Below are positions 61,286 through 64,000 of a stretch of 64,000 nucleotides of DNA, in pieces. The DNA is from Mustelus asterias (Eukaryota), in contig NC_135808.1 of assembly GCF_964213995.1 (NCBI RefSeq), positions 85,994,001 through 86,058,000 on the forward strand, written 5' to 3'. How positions within the stretch are numbered: position 1 is the stretch's first letter; every line of letters begins with the position of its first letter. Under the pieces are notes generated by a model that was not told where the DNA came from, ran no database searches, and saw only the letters and a list, made by a program, of their open reading frames with translations. The position numbers and the translations under genes are program-made.

Positions 61286-61464
61286 ACAAGCAGAATGATG
61301 TGGAGATGCCCTCCCCCACACAGAAGGACAGAGACAAGAAGAAAAAGCAACAACTCATGACACAGATCAGTGGAGTAAAAAAATTGATGCACAGTTCCAG
61401 CCTCTCTCACTCCAGCATCCCCCGATTTGCTGTCAAAACTGACTTGGAAGAGTATCTTTCCAAG
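61286..61464 (+). CDS. PDE4B: PDE4B common exon (LR2 linker to start of catalytic domain), 179 nt
   Basis: ctctcttgatag|(G)[61 protein letters not shown]|gtacaa; phase matches the previous exon; [36 protein letters not shown] is PDE4B-like. Confidence 0.96.
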
Positions 61465-61561
61465 GTACAAAGCAAACCACTGTAATTATACAATATTGGA
61501 CCAAGCCATTTAGTCCTTGGAGACTGTTCTGCCCACCATTCAATGAGATACTGGCTGATCT

Positions 61562-61845
61562 GGGCGGCACGGTGGCAAAGTGGCTAGCACTGCTGCCTCA
61601 CAGCGCCAGGGACCCTGGTTCGATTCCCAGCTTGGGTCACTGTCTGTTTGGAGTTTGCACGTTCTCCCCATGTCTGCGTGGGTTTCCTCCGGGTGCTCCA
61701 GTTTCCTCCCACAGTCCGAAAGACGTGCTGGTTAGGTGCATTGACCCAAACAGGCGCCGGAGTGTGGTAACTGGGGGAATTTCACAGTAACTTCATTGCA
61801 GTGTTAATGTAAGCCTTACTTGTGACTAATAAATAAACTTTAAAA
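61562..61845 (+). mobile_element. Full-length V-SINE with the alternative tail
   Basis: gggcggcacggtggc head, B-box ggttcgattcc, V-domain; tail cttcattgcagtgttaatgtaagcc..cttgtgactaataaataaac. Confidence 0.92.
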
Positions 61846-61849
61846 CTTT

Positions 61850-62645
61850 GATCTGTCACCCAAGTCCATATCTTATAGTTGTTAACTGAAATCTATCAAT
61901 CTTAGTTTTAAAATTAGCAATTGACTTTGCATTAAGTGCCATTCACAAGAGAGTTCCAAACTTCAATGCCCTTTCCTCACAACACACCTGAAAGCTGATT
62001 CTAATATTTAGGCTATGCCCAATACTCCCAGCCCTAGATTCCCCAACCAGCAGAAATAGTTATCTCTATCTATCCAACCAGTTGCTTATAATTTATTGAA
62101 AACTTTGATTAAATCACCCCCTAAATTTTTAATTCCAAATTAATCTTGCCTTGCAATTTAACCCTTGAAGTACAGATATCATGCTAGTAAATCTACACTG
62201 TACTTTCTTCAAGAACAATTTATCTTTCCTAAGGTGTGGTGCCCAGAACTGAACACAGTATTCCAGATGTGGTCTGACCAGGGCTTTTGTATAACTGAAA
62301 CATAACTTTGAACCCCCTCTATTTTAATAATTTAGATCTGATGGCCAGCATTCCATTAGCCCTTCTGATCATTTTTGTACTTGTCCATCACATTTTAATG
62401 ATCTATGTGCATGGACTCTTCTGTTGAGCCTCCAGTCTTTGTAGCTTTCCACCATTTAGCAAATTCTTCAAAGTAGATGACCTCAGCCTTGTCTATGCTG
62501 AAATTCATTTGCCATAGTTTAGCTCATTTTCTTAATCTATCGGCATCTCTTTATAATTCTGTGTCTCCATCTATGCTGTTGTTAAAATGCTATCTGTATT
62601 AGCATTATCAGCAAACTTGGGTTTCTGGCTCTGTCTCCAAGTCAT
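61850..62645 (-). mobile_element. Old CR1 3' fragment
   Basis: Minus strand KFADNA, LVRPHLEYCVQFWAPHLRKD and the 3'UTR; the SINE at 61562 interrupts its tail region (61490-61560). Confidence 0.82.
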
Positions 62646-64000
62646 TTTCTGCTCTAATGTTTAAAAACAAGTTTCTTTTACTCTAATGTTTCTCCATTCC
62701 TTGGACTCATGCATGGGTGGTTAGTGTTCCCTTAGTACCCTACCCAAGTTAGCAATCTTCACATGGAAGCACAGTAGGTATCAGCAAACTATTTGTTATG
62801 GTAGTGCTTTTCAGCTGTCCTGACCAAACAGCAGCTGTCACTGGGTAGCAATCAGGAGTGGCAATCCTGGCTGAAATTTTCTCCTTTTATCCCAAGGTTC
62901 AGAAACTAACAGTAACGTTCTAGCAACGCATTATTTCAGATTAAATGAATTAGCAAGAACTGAATCAAACCTGGAGATTTACTGCTCTGTTTGGCTCTAT
63001 TTCACAATGGTTAATGATTTTACTAACAATTGACAAAGAGAAAATGGGCTCTGTTACAAAGTCTCACAATGAAAGTATCAGGACAGTTGTTGCTCATGCA
63101 GATGATGTGACAATATATTAATTTTATATTTTGTGGGATGTGGGCACCTCTGGCCAGGCCAGCATTTGTTGCTCATCCCTAATTGCCTATGCGAAGGTGA
63201 TGGTGTGCTGCCCCCTTGAACCATGATAGTCCCTGTGTTGTAGGAACACCGAACACCCACAGTGCAAGTAGGGAGGGGGTGCCAAGATTTTGTCCCAGCG
63301 ACAAGCTACCCTTGTTTGTCTAGGTCAGAAGTCACATGGGTTTGCAAACAAATAGATAACAAATGTACTTCAATAAAGAGAAAGCACGCCCCACTGTCAG
63401 TCTTGTGGCCTCAATCAGTCTGAATGTTTCTTTATGTTGATCCAGCAAAAATGTTCACTTCTAATGCACTTTAGAAATCTCTTTTAACTTTTACCCTTCA
63501 TCCTCTGAAGCTCAAGCAGAGCACAAGGATGGGTGTGGAAGGCCAACAGATATAGATGACCCAACGTAAAATAAGAACCCTACAAAATCCACTTTTTGGC
63601 ACCGAATTTGTTTTTTAAAAATCTCTGACAAAATCAGAATGAGAATGGGCTTGGCTGTGATTTTGAGATTGCTATGATATTGATATTTAAAGGGAAGTCA
63701 GTAAATCAGAGACATTTTCTTGCAAGGGTGTAAAATGGGGCTGGGTGGTGACCGTGTGCCCTGAACAATTTAATAGCAAAATACAGTTAAAGCCATAAGT
63801 ACAAGTAAGGTCTCATATTTCAGTTCCTGGTCCATTTAGCTAACCCTAGTTAAATTAACAGAGAGTACTCTGCCCATGGCCAAAGGAAGGAAAAATTAGG
63901 ATTCCCACTCATGATCCTTATCCAACATATCTTGCTACAAAGTATAGACATTGGCTGGAATTCTCCCGTCTCACCCGCCGCAGGAATTGTAGCAGTCGAG

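Noticed and set aside
7472-61464. Assignment to PDE4D, PDE4A or PDE4C
   Set aside because: The 16-aa exon alone fits PDE4D6 too, but [28 protein letters not shown] and [11 protein letters not shown], plus the MKEH N-terminus, match PDE4B as I recall the paralogs.

Overview
Vertebrate genomic DNA, almost certainly from a cartilaginous fish (shark/ray), judged from HE1-type V-SINEs and abundant CR1 LINEs. The window lies inside a PDE4B (cAMP phosphodiesterase 4B) gene on the + strand. Four coding exons are visible: the short-isoform (PDE4B2-type) first exon plus shared UCR2 exon (7366-7584), the 16-codon super-short (PDE4B5-type) first exon (48173-48220), and two common exons (49400-49493, 61286-61464). 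The rest is intron, packed with CR1 LINEs (one full-length, ~39.75-44.1 kb), Rex1/Babar, RTE and Penelope-like fragments, a decayed Gypsy element, a non-autonomous hAT element, SINEs and a tRNA-Glu pseudogene. Two observations stand out. (1) The full-length CR1 has a correctly phased U_UUA_AAC slippery heptamer at the ORF1 stop, leading by -1 frameshift into an ORF2 that lacks a usable ATG. (2) A ~307-bp retroposed element has a U2 snRNA head, a second U2 stem-loop, tandem hairpins, an A-tail and a TSD, and is a candidate U2-derived SINE. All calls were made by eye and from remembered family consensus features; no database search was run, so novelty is unverified and boundaries of old repeats are approximate.
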